Part shown: one piece after another, positions 10,859 through 18,870 of the stretch
Layout of the letters: each line of letters starts with the position of its first letter
Numbering within the stretch: position 1 is the first letter of the stretch
Virus record (IMG/VR): IMGVR_UViG_2565956624_000022
Coordinates: 1 to 28,080 of that record
DNA: 28,080 nucleotides
From: a virus
Taxonomy: Duplodnaviria; Heunggongvirae; Uroviricota; Caudoviricetes
Direction: 5' to 3' (one strand)
The notes under the pieces: generated by a model
Databases searched by the model: none
Told to the model about the DNA's origin: nothing
The model's input: the letters and a program-made list of their open reading frames with translations, nothing else
Position numbers and translations under genes: made by a program

Positions 10859-12345
10859 GCACAATCCCTTTATCTGTAGATTTTAATATCACGCCCAATG
10901 TCGTTACGCCTGCCGGTTCTGCGGTTGATGCTAACGGCCTGATGTTGACCGATAACGAGCTTATCCCGGTTGGCGCGGTACAATCTTATTACTCCTCATC
11001 TGATGTATCAGCTTTGATGGGGAGTGAATCGAAAGAATTCCTCGCAGCACAACAGTATTTTAACGGATACGAAAACTCATCCGTTATTCCTGGTGAACTG
11101 CTGATGTATCGTATTGTTACTTCACCAGTGGCTGGGTATCTTCTGTCCGGCAACCTGAAAGGTGTTTCCCTGGCAACACTGAAAGCGATTCCAGCAGGAA
11201 CAATCACCCTTTCCATTGACGGTGAGTCGACTACCAGCACATCAATTGATTTGTCCACAGCCACAAGTTTTAGTGACATTGCGTCCAAGTTGCAGGTTGG
11301 AATTGGTGCAAGCAAGGTGGTGGTTGAATGGTTGCCAATCGCTAACCGATTCATCATTCGCTCTGCCACTACTGGCGCAGAGAGTGAAGTGTCTTATGCC
11401 TCTGCTGGCGCTCTGGCTACCGGCTTGTTACTGACGCAGGATTCCGCAGCGATTGTATCACCGGGTTCTGATGCGGTAACTCTGACAGACACGATGAACA
11501 ACATCATCAACGTCAACCAGAACTGGATCCTGTTTAACTCGCTGGTCGAACTGACCGATGACCAGAAAACAGAATTGTGCGCATGGGCAAGCAGCAGTAA
11601 AAACCGATTTGGATATGTTGTTCACGACACCACTTCAGCAGGAACGGTAGCCAATAATGCCAATTGCTTTGTGCAGAAAGTGGTTGTGGCAAATGGCTAC
11701 GAGAACATTTTTCCGGTGTACGGAACATACCTGTATAGCGTTACAGCACTGGCATATGCTGCATCCGTGGATTTTGCACGCACCAATGGGCGTATCTCGT
11801 TCAAGTTCCGTGGATTTTCAGGGTTAGCACCCAACGTCAGCGATCTGGCTACCGCTCAGGCACTGAAGTCAAACGGTTACAACTTCTACGGCTCATACAG
11901 CCTGAACAAAACAATGGCGCAGTACGCATCTGATGGTGCCATTACTGGCAAGTTTGTATGGCTGGACAGTTTTATTAATCAGGTATGGATTAATGCCAAT
12001 CTGGTTAGTGCTTTTGCCAACCTGTTCACCAATAACCAGTCTTACCCGTTCAATGATACAGGATACGGCGCAGTGTCTGCCGCTGTTATTGATGTTGCTG
12101 AACAGGCTCTCAATTTCGGGGCTATTCAGCGTGGCGTGAAACTTGATAATGCGCAAACCAGAATTGTGAATAACACAGTTGGAAAAGATATCTCATCGAC
12201 GCTGTATTCACAGGGCTGGTTCCTGTACATCCCGACACAGTCAGGCTCTGCACGCATTGAGCGCGACCTGAAAGGTGTCATTTTCTATTATGTCGATGGT
12301 CAGTTAATCCAGTCCATCACAATGTCCTCAACCGCGATTTTATAA
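10855..12345 (+). CDS. Putative tail sheath protein
   Basis: 496 aa; ATGA-coupled; largest protein at the head of the tail module, followed by a small tube-like protein, chaperone pair and tape measure. Confidence 0.5.
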   Translation: MSTIPLSVDFNITPNVVTPAGSAVDANGLMLTDNELIPVGAVQSYYSSSDVSALMGSESKEFLAAQQYFNGYENSSVIPGELLMYRIVTSPVAGYLLSGNLKGVSLATLKAIPAGTITLSIDGESTTSTSIDLSTATSFSDIASKLQVGIGASKVVVEWLPIANRFIIRSATTGAESEVSYASAGALATGLLLTQDSAAIVSPGSDAVTLTDTMNNIINVNQNWILFNSLVELTDDQKTELCAWASSSKNRFGYVVHDTTSAGTVANNANCFVQKVVVANGYENIFPVYGTYLYSVTALAYAASVDFARTNGRISFKFRGFSGLAPNVSDLATAQALKSNGYNFYGSYSLNKTMAQYASDGAITGKFVWLDSFINQVWINANLVSAFANLFTNNQSYPFNDTGYGAVSAAVIDVAEQALNFGAIQRGVKLDNAQTRIVNNTVGKDISSTLYSQGWFLYIPTQSGSARIERDLKGVIFYYVDGQLIQSITMSSTAIL

Positions 12346-12356
12346 GGGAATAAATC

Positions 12357-12791
12357 ATGCCTATAGATATCACCTCGGCAAACAGTAAGCTGCGAATCGT
12401 CGTCCCCGCTTACTACCCTGGCGGTTTTGATGTTGACGACTACGCAGCTGATAACATGTTTGAAACTGGCGCACTACAGAACAAAGAAGACATGATGTCA
12501 GCGGACGGTAAATACCATGCTGGTTTTATCTTTAACCCGACAGAGTTCACCATCAACCTGATGCCCACATCCAATGCTGGCTCGCTGATTGATGACTGGT
12601 ATGCAGCAGAGAGAACTGCAATTTCAGCGTTTCAGTGTAATGCGGTGCTTACAGTTCCGGCTCTCGGCGCGAAGTGGAATTTTGTGAACGGGGTTCTTTA
12701 TACATGGACTCCAACCCCTCCGGGTCGGCGCGTACTGCAACCACGCCCGGCAGTATTTCACTTTGAGTCTGTAACACGGAGCACTATCTGA
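12357..12791 (+). CDS. Putative tail tube protein
   Basis: 144 aa immediately after the sheath-like gene. Confidence 0.5.
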   Translation: MPIDITSANSKLRIVVPAYYPGGFDVDDYAADNMFETGALQNKEDMMSADGKYHAGFIFNPTEFTINLMPTSNAGSLIDDWYAAERTAISAFQCNAVLTVPALGAKWNFVNGVLYTWTPTPPGRRVLQPRPAVFHFESVTRSTI

Positions 12792-13198
12792 TGGCACGTA
12801 AAGAAATCCCCTTTATCGTGGAAGACGATAATCGCGACAATGGGAAGGAGTTCATTATCACAGAGATGTCGGCATGGGATGCCGACGAACTGGCACAGGA
12901 TTTATTCCGCTCCATGGGGGAATCGGGATTCTCTGGCATTCCTGCTGATGTGATTGCCATGGGGTGTGCTGGCCTTGCCACCCTTGGTCTGAATGTTCTT
13001 TCTGCCGCATCGCCGGAAGTCGCCAGAAAACTTCGTGATCGCCTGATGTCAACTGTGCAAATTGTGATTACACACGAAGGCAGCAGACAGGTGCGAACCG
13101 TGAAGCCAGTCGACTTTGAAGAGGTATCAACCATTCGTCAGGTAATGGATAAGGTATTTAAAGTCAATTTTGATTTTTTAACGATCGCCGGAGAGTGA
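12791..13198 (+). CDS. Tail assembly chaperone (gpG-like)
   Basis: 135 aa acidic protein between tube and tape measure; ends just after a T_TTT_TTA slippery heptamer. Confidence 0.55.
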   Translation: MARKEIPFIVEDDNRDNGKEFIITEMSAWDADELAQDLFRSMGESGFSGIPADVIAMGCAGLATLGLNVLSAASPEVARKLRDRLMSTVQIVITHEGSRQVRTVKPVDFEEVSTIRQVMDKVFKVNFDFLTIAGE

Positions 13199-13413
13199 AG
13201 TACCCGTTCATGGAGGAGGAGACTCTTCCGGCAAAACTCGTTAGCCCCGTAAACGTCACACCATCAATGAACGCCATTATCTGTTCAGGAAAAGCCACTT
13301 ATACCGATTTGCAGGAACGGTTATCTGTTCGTGATATGTATAACCTTCTGGAAATTATCTCGGTGGAATCATTTAACAAGCGGGTCTGGAATAAACATCA
13401 GGAGCAGCGATGA
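13177..13413 (+). CDS. -1 frame extension of the tail assembly chaperone (gpGT-like product)
   Basis: The -1 frame is open from the slippery site at 13174-13180 to 13413 and abuts the tape measure start; classic G/GT arrangement. Confidence 0.45.
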   Translation, partial: FNDRRRVKYPFMEEETLPAKLVSPVNVTPSMNAIICSGKATYTDLQERLSVRDMYNLLEIISVESFNKRVWNKHQEQR

Positions 13414-15224
13414 TTATCAATGAGTTGGCCTACAAGGTCACAATTAAGGCCGATGAATTCCTGAATGGAAAACGGAAAGTAAAAGATGAAGTTAGTAAAT
13501 TAAACAAAGATCTTTCCAGGGCTGAGAAGGAAAGGCTAAAGGAACTTGAAAAACAGCGGCAGGAAACGGAGAGGTTCGGTAAAACCGCTGTTTCAGCTTT
13601 CCGCAACGTGACAACAGCAGCCGCTGGATTTTTGGGAATTGGCGCCGGGTTGTATGGAATTAAGCAACTTTTTACATCTACTGCCAACGAAATTGTGAGG
13701 GCCAGCCAACAGGCCAAGTTTTTCGACTCTGATGTTAATAAGATGTTTGGTGTTCAGCGGGGATTTCGCCAGGCTGGTCTTAACGGTGACTCGTTCATTT
13801 CATCTTCTGGGAATGCCAGAATGGCTTTGGCAAATATTGCCGATCCGACTGTTATGGGAGGGCTTACTGGCGCTGCCCAAAATTTGCTGATTCTTGGAGC
13901 TCGTACCGGATTAGATATCAATAAGCTCGGCGACCCAAACAAGGCTCTTGCTGAGTTTTCTCGCTATGGCAAGACTCATTCTCAAGAAAACCTGATGCAG
14001 GTGATGGCTGCCGCAGGGTTCGATCCGACAGATGCCGCTAAAATAAAATCAGGGGAACTTAAGCAGCTTGTCGATTCAGAAACAAAGAAATCCCGTATTA
14101 CAGCACAGCAGGTAAAAGAGCAGGAGAAGGTTGCTGCCACTCTTGGGCAACTTGATTCAGAGTTTTCCCGATTAAAGCAAAATTTAGCCATGGCATTCGC
14201 TCCAGACGTTATTGACGGGATGAAGGCTTTTGGTTCCTGGATTGAGAAACATCATGGCGACATCATTGGCTTTTTCAATGACGCCGGGAATATGACTAAG
14301 CAATTCACAAAGGCAGTTGGTGGTGCGGAAGAGGCTCTGAAGCTATTGGCAGCAGCATATGTAGGAAGCAAACTTACAGGCGGCGCCCTTCCTCCATGGT
14401 TAGCAGGGTTAATAGCATATGGTTTGTATCTCTACAATGACAGGGAAAACATTGAGGGTGCTGCTAAAGGATCGTTTGATTACTCTAAGCGTGAACTTGG
14501 AGATACCATGCGCAGCATGGGGTTTGATACCGATTTTGGGCGTAGAGGCGATGAGATTTATGGCAATAACATTCAGCCAGATATCCCTCTCCCTGACGGA
14601 GTAAAGCCAGTAAGCATGGATTCTCTCCTTGATGCCATTCGTGAGGTGGAATCGAGCGGTGGCAAAAAACTTTATAGCCCGAAAGGTGCTGTTGGTCCGT
14701 ATCAGTTCATGAAGGATACTGCCATAGCGTACGGGTTAAAGGTCGGGGATGGGATTGATGAGCGTCTTGATGAAGTGAAATCTCGCGCTGCTGCTGAAAG
14801 GTTCATGAGGGATTTGCTAAAGCACTATAAAGGCAATGTTAACCATGCGCTGATGGCTTACAACTGGGGGATGGGCAATGTAGACAAAAAGTTAAAATAC
14901 ATATCCAGTACCGGGTTTGATTCACCATCATCCAAATACTGGAACACCCTGCCGAAAGAAACGCGAGAATATGTACCAAAGATTCGCGCCGCTCTTAATG
15001 CAAAAGAAAACGAGACGCTGGCTTACTATCAGCAGCAGCAACGCATCGCCTCAACACCAAACCAGACAACATCAAAAATTGACAACAGCCGTAGCAGCAG
15101 TACAACTATTGGCACGGTAGTTGTTAACAGTAACCCGACAACAGTTGATGCTCTTACCAGAAGCGTCAATCAGCAAGTTAGCCGGGCGTCAACAAACGCG
15201 GCATTTTCCAGTGCAATGCCTTAG
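13410..15224 (+). CDS. Tail tape measure protein with C-terminal lytic transglycosylase (SLT) domain
   Basis: 604 aa; coiled-coil N-terminus (EKERLKELEKQRQETERFGK); SLT-like motifs (AIREVESSGG...GAVGPYQFM...ALMAYNWGMG). Confidence 0.65.
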   Translation: MIINELAYKVTIKADEFLNGKRKVKDEVSKLNKDLSRAEKERLKELEKQRQETERFGKTAVSAFRNVTTAAAGFLGIGAGLYGIKQLFTSTANEIVRASQQAKFFDSDVNKMFGVQRGFRQAGLNGDSFISSSGNARMALANIADPTVMGGLTGAAQNLLILGARTGLDINKLGDPNKALAEFSRYGKTHSQENLMQVMAAAGFDPTDAAKIKSGELKQLVDSETKKSRITAQQVKEQEKVAATLGQLDSEFSRLKQNLAMAFAPDVIDGMKAFGSWIEKHHGDIIGFFNDAGNMTKQFTKAVGGAEEALKLLAAAYVGSKLTGGALPPWLAGLIAYGLYLYNDRENIEGAAKGSFDYSKRELGDTMRSMGFDTDFGRRGDEIYGNNIQPDIPLPDGVKPVSMDSLLDAIREVESSGGKKLYSPKGAVGPYQFMKDTAIAYGLKVGDGIDERLDEVKSRAAAERFMRDLLKHYKGNVNHALMAYNWGMGNVDKKLKYISSTGFDSPSSKYWNTLPKETREYVPKIRAALNAKENETLAYYQQQQRIASTPNQTTSKIDNSRSSSTTIGTVVVNSNPTTVDALTRSVNQQVSRASTNAAFSSAMP

Positions 15225-15281
15225 TCACCTGTAACGTTTTCTCTGTTTGTGCCTGTTGACTGAAGTCGGACGGTAAAAATG

Positions 15282-15307
15282 AAAACCCACCGTCAGGTGG
15301 GTTTTTT
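15282..15307. terminator. Bidirectional Rho-independent terminator
   Basis: AAAA-ACCCACC-GTCA-GGTGGGT-TTTTT: A-tract / perfect 7-bp stem / T-tract; between the convergent tape measure (+) and Mnt-like (-) genes, overlapping the latter's stop codon. Confidence 0.7.
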
Positions 15308-15613
15308 GTTTAGCAGTTCTCTCAACTTTTCGTTCTGCTCTCTGAACTTTTCCTGTATTTCTTTTTGCATGGCGATAACCTGGGCTTGAAGTTGAACTAG
15401 CGCATCAACATTTAGCGGAACCGAGACGCTGTTGATTTTATCTGCTATTTCCCCAAGAGTATTTTCTGCATTCAAGGCATCTTCCAGTATCTGCACAATC
15501 TCTGAGTTCATTGATCTGCCGTTTCGTTTGGCTCGTTCAGCTATAGCATCTCGCATCCCGTCAGGGAAACGCACAACAAACTTTTCGTAATCTTTAACCT
15601 GCTTTTCAGCCAT
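15293..15613 (-). CDS. mnt: Ribbon-helix-helix repressor, P22 Mnt-like
   Basis: 106 aa; N-terminal FVVRFPDGMRDAIAERAKRNGRSMNSEIVQILEDAL matches the Arc/Mnt RHH signature (NGRSMNSE); C-terminal coiled coil; divergent from an Arc-like/Ant pair as in P22 immI. Confidence 0.7.
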   Translation of the reverse strand: MAEKQVKDYEKFVVRFPDGMRDAIAERAKRNGRSMNSEIVQILEDALNAENTLGEIADKINSVSVPLNVDALVQLQAQVIAMQKEIQEKFREQNEKLRELLNKKPT

Positions 15614-15632
15614 AACATCACCTCAAAAAAAA

Positions 15633-15693
15633 CAATGATGGCATATTGCTATTTATATTCAATGATGGCATATTGCTTTCAAGGCATAATGCC
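15633..15693. promoter_or_regulatory. Divergent promoter/operator region
   Basis: Two identical 18-bp direct repeats CAATGATGGCATATTGCT (15633-15650 and 15660-15677) plus an 11-bp palindrome GGCATAATGCC (15683-15693) sharing the TGGCAT half-site, between two divergent RHH genes. Confidence 0.6.
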
Positions 15694-15715
15694 ATTACGT
15701 AAAAAGGAGTGATCA

Positions 15716-15877
15716 ATGGAAAAGAATGAAGTGAAGACAACTCTTCGGTATCCGTACCGTTTTAAGGAGGAGGTGAAACGCATCGCTAAGGAAGAGGGGA
15801 TGTCAGAAAACTCAGTGTTGGTTCAGGGACTTGCTTGGTGGTTGAAGTACCGGGAGAAAATGCGGAATGCTCTCTAA
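15716..15877 (+). CDS. arc: Small ribbon-helix-helix regulator, P22 Arc-like
   Basis: 53 aa (MEKNEVKTTLRYPYRFKEEVKRIAKEEGMSENSVLVQGLAWWLKYREKMRNAL); AAGGAG 7 nt upstream; beta-strand then two helices as in Arc; directly upstream of an antirepressor; too short for the ORF track. Confidence 0.55.
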   Translation: MEKNEVKTTLRYPYRFKEEVKRIAKEEGMSENSVLVQGLAWWLKYREKMRNAL

Positions 15878-15948
15878 AAATAACGAAGCCCCGACAGCGG
15901 GAACTGGCGAGGCTTCTACATCAACAAATCTGATCGGGAAATATTGAC

Positions 15949-16827
15949 ATGAAAAGTATAGCAAAGGCACAAAACGATTTCACCATCTTCAAATTCGGCG
16001 ACAGTGAAATCCGCGTCATCAACAAGTGCGGTGAGCCGTGGTTTGTAGCAAAAGATGTTTGTGATGCTTTAACCCTGACTAACTCACGCAAGGCGCTTAC
16101 TGCACTTGATGACGATGAGAAGGGAGTAACTTTAAGTTACACCCTTGGTGGTGAGCAGAATTTAAGCATTGTGAGCGAATCAGGTATGTATACATTGGTT
16201 TTGCGCTGCCGCGATGCCGTCAATAAAGGTTCAGTCCCGCACAAATTCCGCAAGTGGGTAACAGCAGAAGTTCTGCCTTCAATTCGCAAATATGGCGAGT
16301 ATGTGAAAGGCAAGAAAACCACAGTTGAGGAAAGAACACCGCTACGCGATGCAGTAAACATGCTGGTAGGAAAGAAAGGACTTCGCTATGACGATGCATA
16401 CAATATGGTTCATCAGCGTTTTGGTATTGACAGCATTGATGAACTTTCAATTGAACAAATCCCGCAAGCCGTAGAGTACATCCACAGGGTAGTGCTTGAA
16501 GGTGAGTTCATTGGCAAGCAAGAGAAGAAAGCAAACGAGCTTTCTGCAAAAGAAGCAAACAGCCTTGTATGGTTATGGGATTATGCCAACCGCTCACAGG
16601 CATTATTCCGCGAACTGTATCCGGCATTAAAACAAATTCAATCGAACTATTCCGGCAGATGCTACGACTACGGCCATGAGTTTTCGTATGTTATCGGAAT
16701 GGCGAGAGACATTTTAATAAAACACACACGAGATGTTGATATCAATGAGCCAGACGGACCAACGAATCTTTCCGCATGGATGAGACTTAAGAATAAAGAA
16801 TTACCTCCTTCAGTACATAACTACTGA
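15949..16827 (+). CDS. ant: Antirepressor, Bro-N domain family (Ant-like)
   Basis: 292 aa; N-terminal [30 protein letters not shown] is a classic Bro-N signature; downstream of the Arc-like gene. Confidence 0.8.
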   Translation: MKSIAKAQNDFTIFKFGDSEIRVINKCGEPWFVAKDVCDALTLTNSRKALTALDDDEKGVTLSYTLGGEQNLSIVSESGMYTLVLRCRDAVNKGSVPHKFRKWVTAEVLPSIRKYGEYVKGKKTTVEERTPLRDAVNMLVGKKGLRYDDAYNMVHQRFGIDSIDELSIEQIPQAVEYIHRVVLEGEFIGKQEKKANELSAKEANSLVWLWDYANRSQALFRELYPALKQIQSNYSGRCYDYGHEFSYVIGMARDILIKHTRDVDINEPDGPTNLSAWMRLKNKELPPSVHNY

Positions 16828-16845
16828 CAGATAAACAACGCAACG

Positions 16846-16869
16846 ACCCAGCTTCGGCTGGGTTTTTTT
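16846..16869 (+). terminator. Rho-independent terminator (copy 1 of a repeated terminator)
   Basis: ACCCAGC-TTCG-GCTGGGT followed by TTTTTTT; near-identical to the terminator at 17715-17739. Confidence 0.7.
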
Positions 16870-16937
16870 ATACCCAAAATTCACCGTGTCCACGCTTAGG
16901 TAATGAGCTTGAAGGAGAGCACTACACAAAAAGTGTA

Positions 16938-17483
16938 GTGCAAAAAGCGAACAAAACTTCGATGGTTATCATTGAGATGTCAATCAAGCAAGCATTGCGA
17001 GTTGCCGCTCGCGAGTCAAAAGCCGTTCGCCGCTCACTGGTAGACCAACTTGAAAGTATGCAAGAAGCGCACATTAAAAGCGGTAAATCAGCGAGTGGAC
17101 TTGTTGAGTATCGTCAAGCGCGAACATTGAAAATGACGGTTGAAGCTGTTACCAATCTGTTCGATCTGATGCCAAATCTTGCGCCTGAGGCAAAGCAGAC
17201 AGCGGCAGCAAGTATAATCAACCCGCTCGTTGGTTTTAATGCAATACCTCTTCCGGCAATAGAAGAGCATTACTACTCAGCAGGGGAGGTTGCAGAGCAG
17301 CTTGGAGTAACGGCCAACAAGATTGGTCGCATTGCTAACGCAAACAACATCAAAACTGAGCAGTACGGGAAGTTCTTCCTGGATAAATCGGCGCATTCCA
17401 GCAAACAGGTGGAAGCATTCCGCTACAATGCGGAAGGTGTTAAAGCACTACAACACCTGATTCATGGGAGTAATGTTGCATAA
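16938..17483 (+). CDS. Hypothetical protein, possible DNA-binding protein
   Basis: 181 aa; GTG start at 16938 (AAGGAG at 16912-16917; alternative ATG at 16962); C-terminal stretch YSAGEVAEQLGVTANKIGRIANANNIKTEQYGKF looks HTH-like; no family recognised. Confidence 0.55.
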   Translation: MQKANKTSMVIIEMSIKQALRVAARESKAVRRSLVDQLESMQEAHIKSGKSASGLVEYRQARTLKMTVEAVTNLFDLMPNLAPEAKQTAAASIINPLVGFNAIPLPAIEEHYYSAGEVAEQLGVTANKIGRIANANNIKTEQYGKFFLDKSAHSSKQVEAFRYNAEGVKALQHLIHGSNVA

Positions 17484-17704
17484 TGGCAAAGAAAAAATAT
17501 GGCATTATGCCGCCAAGAATCAAAGGAAGAGCCAGGGTAAAAGGCGATGCTGGGAGATATCACATTCTTGGTGTTTTGTGGCATGAGAGAGCTTTAATTT
17601 TAAGCAGACCTCATGGGTACATTGAAAAGGTATCTATAGATAGAATTGAGATTCTTCCCCTTACTCCTGAAGAAGAAGAAACGTACGGACTTTTTGATAA
17701 CTAG
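17483..17704 (+). CDS. Hypothetical small basic protein
   Basis: 73 aa; start overlaps the upstream stop (TAATG); basic N-terminus; no family recognised. Confidence 0.5.
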   Translation: MAKKKYGIMPPRIKGRARVKGDAGRYHILGVLWHERALILSRPHGYIEKVSIDRIEILPLTPEEEETYGLFDN

Positions 17705-17714
17705 CCAATTCACT

Positions 17715-17739
17715 AAACCCAGCTTCGGCTGGGTTTTTT
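17715..17739 (+). terminator. Rho-independent terminator (copy 2)
   Basis: AACCCAGC-TTCG-GCTGGGTT followed by TTTTTT; same stem-loop as 16846-16869. Confidence 0.7.
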
Positions 17740-17755
17740 GTTTAATGGAGAGTAG

Positions 17756-18571
17756 ATGGGCATAATCGATTTAAACACAGCAGACATATTCAATGCTATC
17801 GGTGGCGGCTCTCCGCTTTCGATTATCGACAGCGTTCTGCATCCCCAGTATGTGATTCGTGACAGGGAAACTGGCGAGGTTGCTCTTGAGTTCAGTGGTA
17901 TGGCATCCGTGCAGCCAAGTGGCAGGGCGCAAATAACAAACGCTCCGGTGGAGAAAGGGAAATACCAGTCCATCAACAAAGTTAAAGAACCCGCCAGGGT
18001 AAGATGCGCAATCATCGTAAATGGTCTTACTGGTTTTTCCGGCAATATCCCGAATATTTTCGATCTCACATTCACAAGCCAGAACAGCACGCTGAACACA
18101 ATCAAAACGATGCTGTCCTCTGCAAAAACATACGATATTGAAACGCCAAAGGAAACTCTGGAGAGTTTCGACCTTGTTGACCACTATTACGAAGTTAACT
18201 CTCAAAAAGGGGTGACTCTTCTGACGGTTTATCTTGATTTTCAGGAGGTCATTCAGCAAATGGAAGTTATTCTCTCTGGATCTCAGTCAGAACAGAAGCC
18301 AACGGATAACAATAAGTCACAGGGTGATGTAGGAGTTGATCCGCAAATAACCAATGGCGGAGCCAGGGAATCTACTGTCGATGAGCTAAGTAAATCATGG
18401 TCATCACTGAAGTCATCTGTTGGCGAAATCACTGGAAAAATCTCCGGCACAATAAAGACTGAATTTCAGAGTGCTCTTGATACGGTGTCTAAACCAATAC
18501 TCGAAGTTACAAACAGCGCAACAAAAAAAGCGGCAGATATTGCAAAAAATATAGTTAAGGCGAGTACATGA
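17756..18571 (+). CDS. Putative tail/baseplate protein
   Basis: 271 aa; GGAGAG RBS; first gene of the distal tail module; position-based. Confidence 0.45.
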   Translation: MGIIDLNTADIFNAIGGGSPLSIIDSVLHPQYVIRDRETGEVALEFSGMASVQPSGRAQITNAPVEKGKYQSINKVKEPARVRCAIIVNGLTGFSGNIPNIFDLTFTSQNSTLNTIKTMLSSAKTYDIETPKETLESFDLVDHYYEVNSQKGVTLLTVYLDFQEVIQQMEVILSGSQSEQKPTDNNKSQGDVGVDPQITNGGARESTVDELSKSWSSLKSSVGEITGKISGTIKTEFQSALDTVSKPILEVTNSATKKAADIAKNIVKAST

Positions 18572-18870
18572 TTACAGTATCTGTTCTTCCCAGCAAATCT
18601 CAGTCCATTTCGGTAAGTCTGGCTGGTCAGCAATGTAATATAAAACTTGTTCAGCGACAGAGTTTTATGTACATGGATTTAACTGTTAATGAAGTCCCAA
18701 TTATGCAGGGCGTTCCATGTCTGTATGGGAATAAGATGGTAAGATATTCCTACCTTGGATTTAAGGGAGACCTTATTTTCATTGATAATGATGGGGAATC
18801 AGACCCGCAATGGGAAGGCTTGGGTAGTCGTTACTTGCTGTACTACATCGAGGAAAACGAGCTTGTATAA
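18568..18870 (+). CDS. Putative baseplate assembly protein
   Basis: 100 aa; ATGA-coupled to the upstream gene. Confidence 0.4.
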   Translation: MITVSVLPSKSQSISVSLAGQQCNIKLVQRQSFMYMDLTVNEVPIMQGVPCLYGNKMVRYSYLGFKGDLIFIDNDGESDPQWEGLGSRYLLYYIEENELV

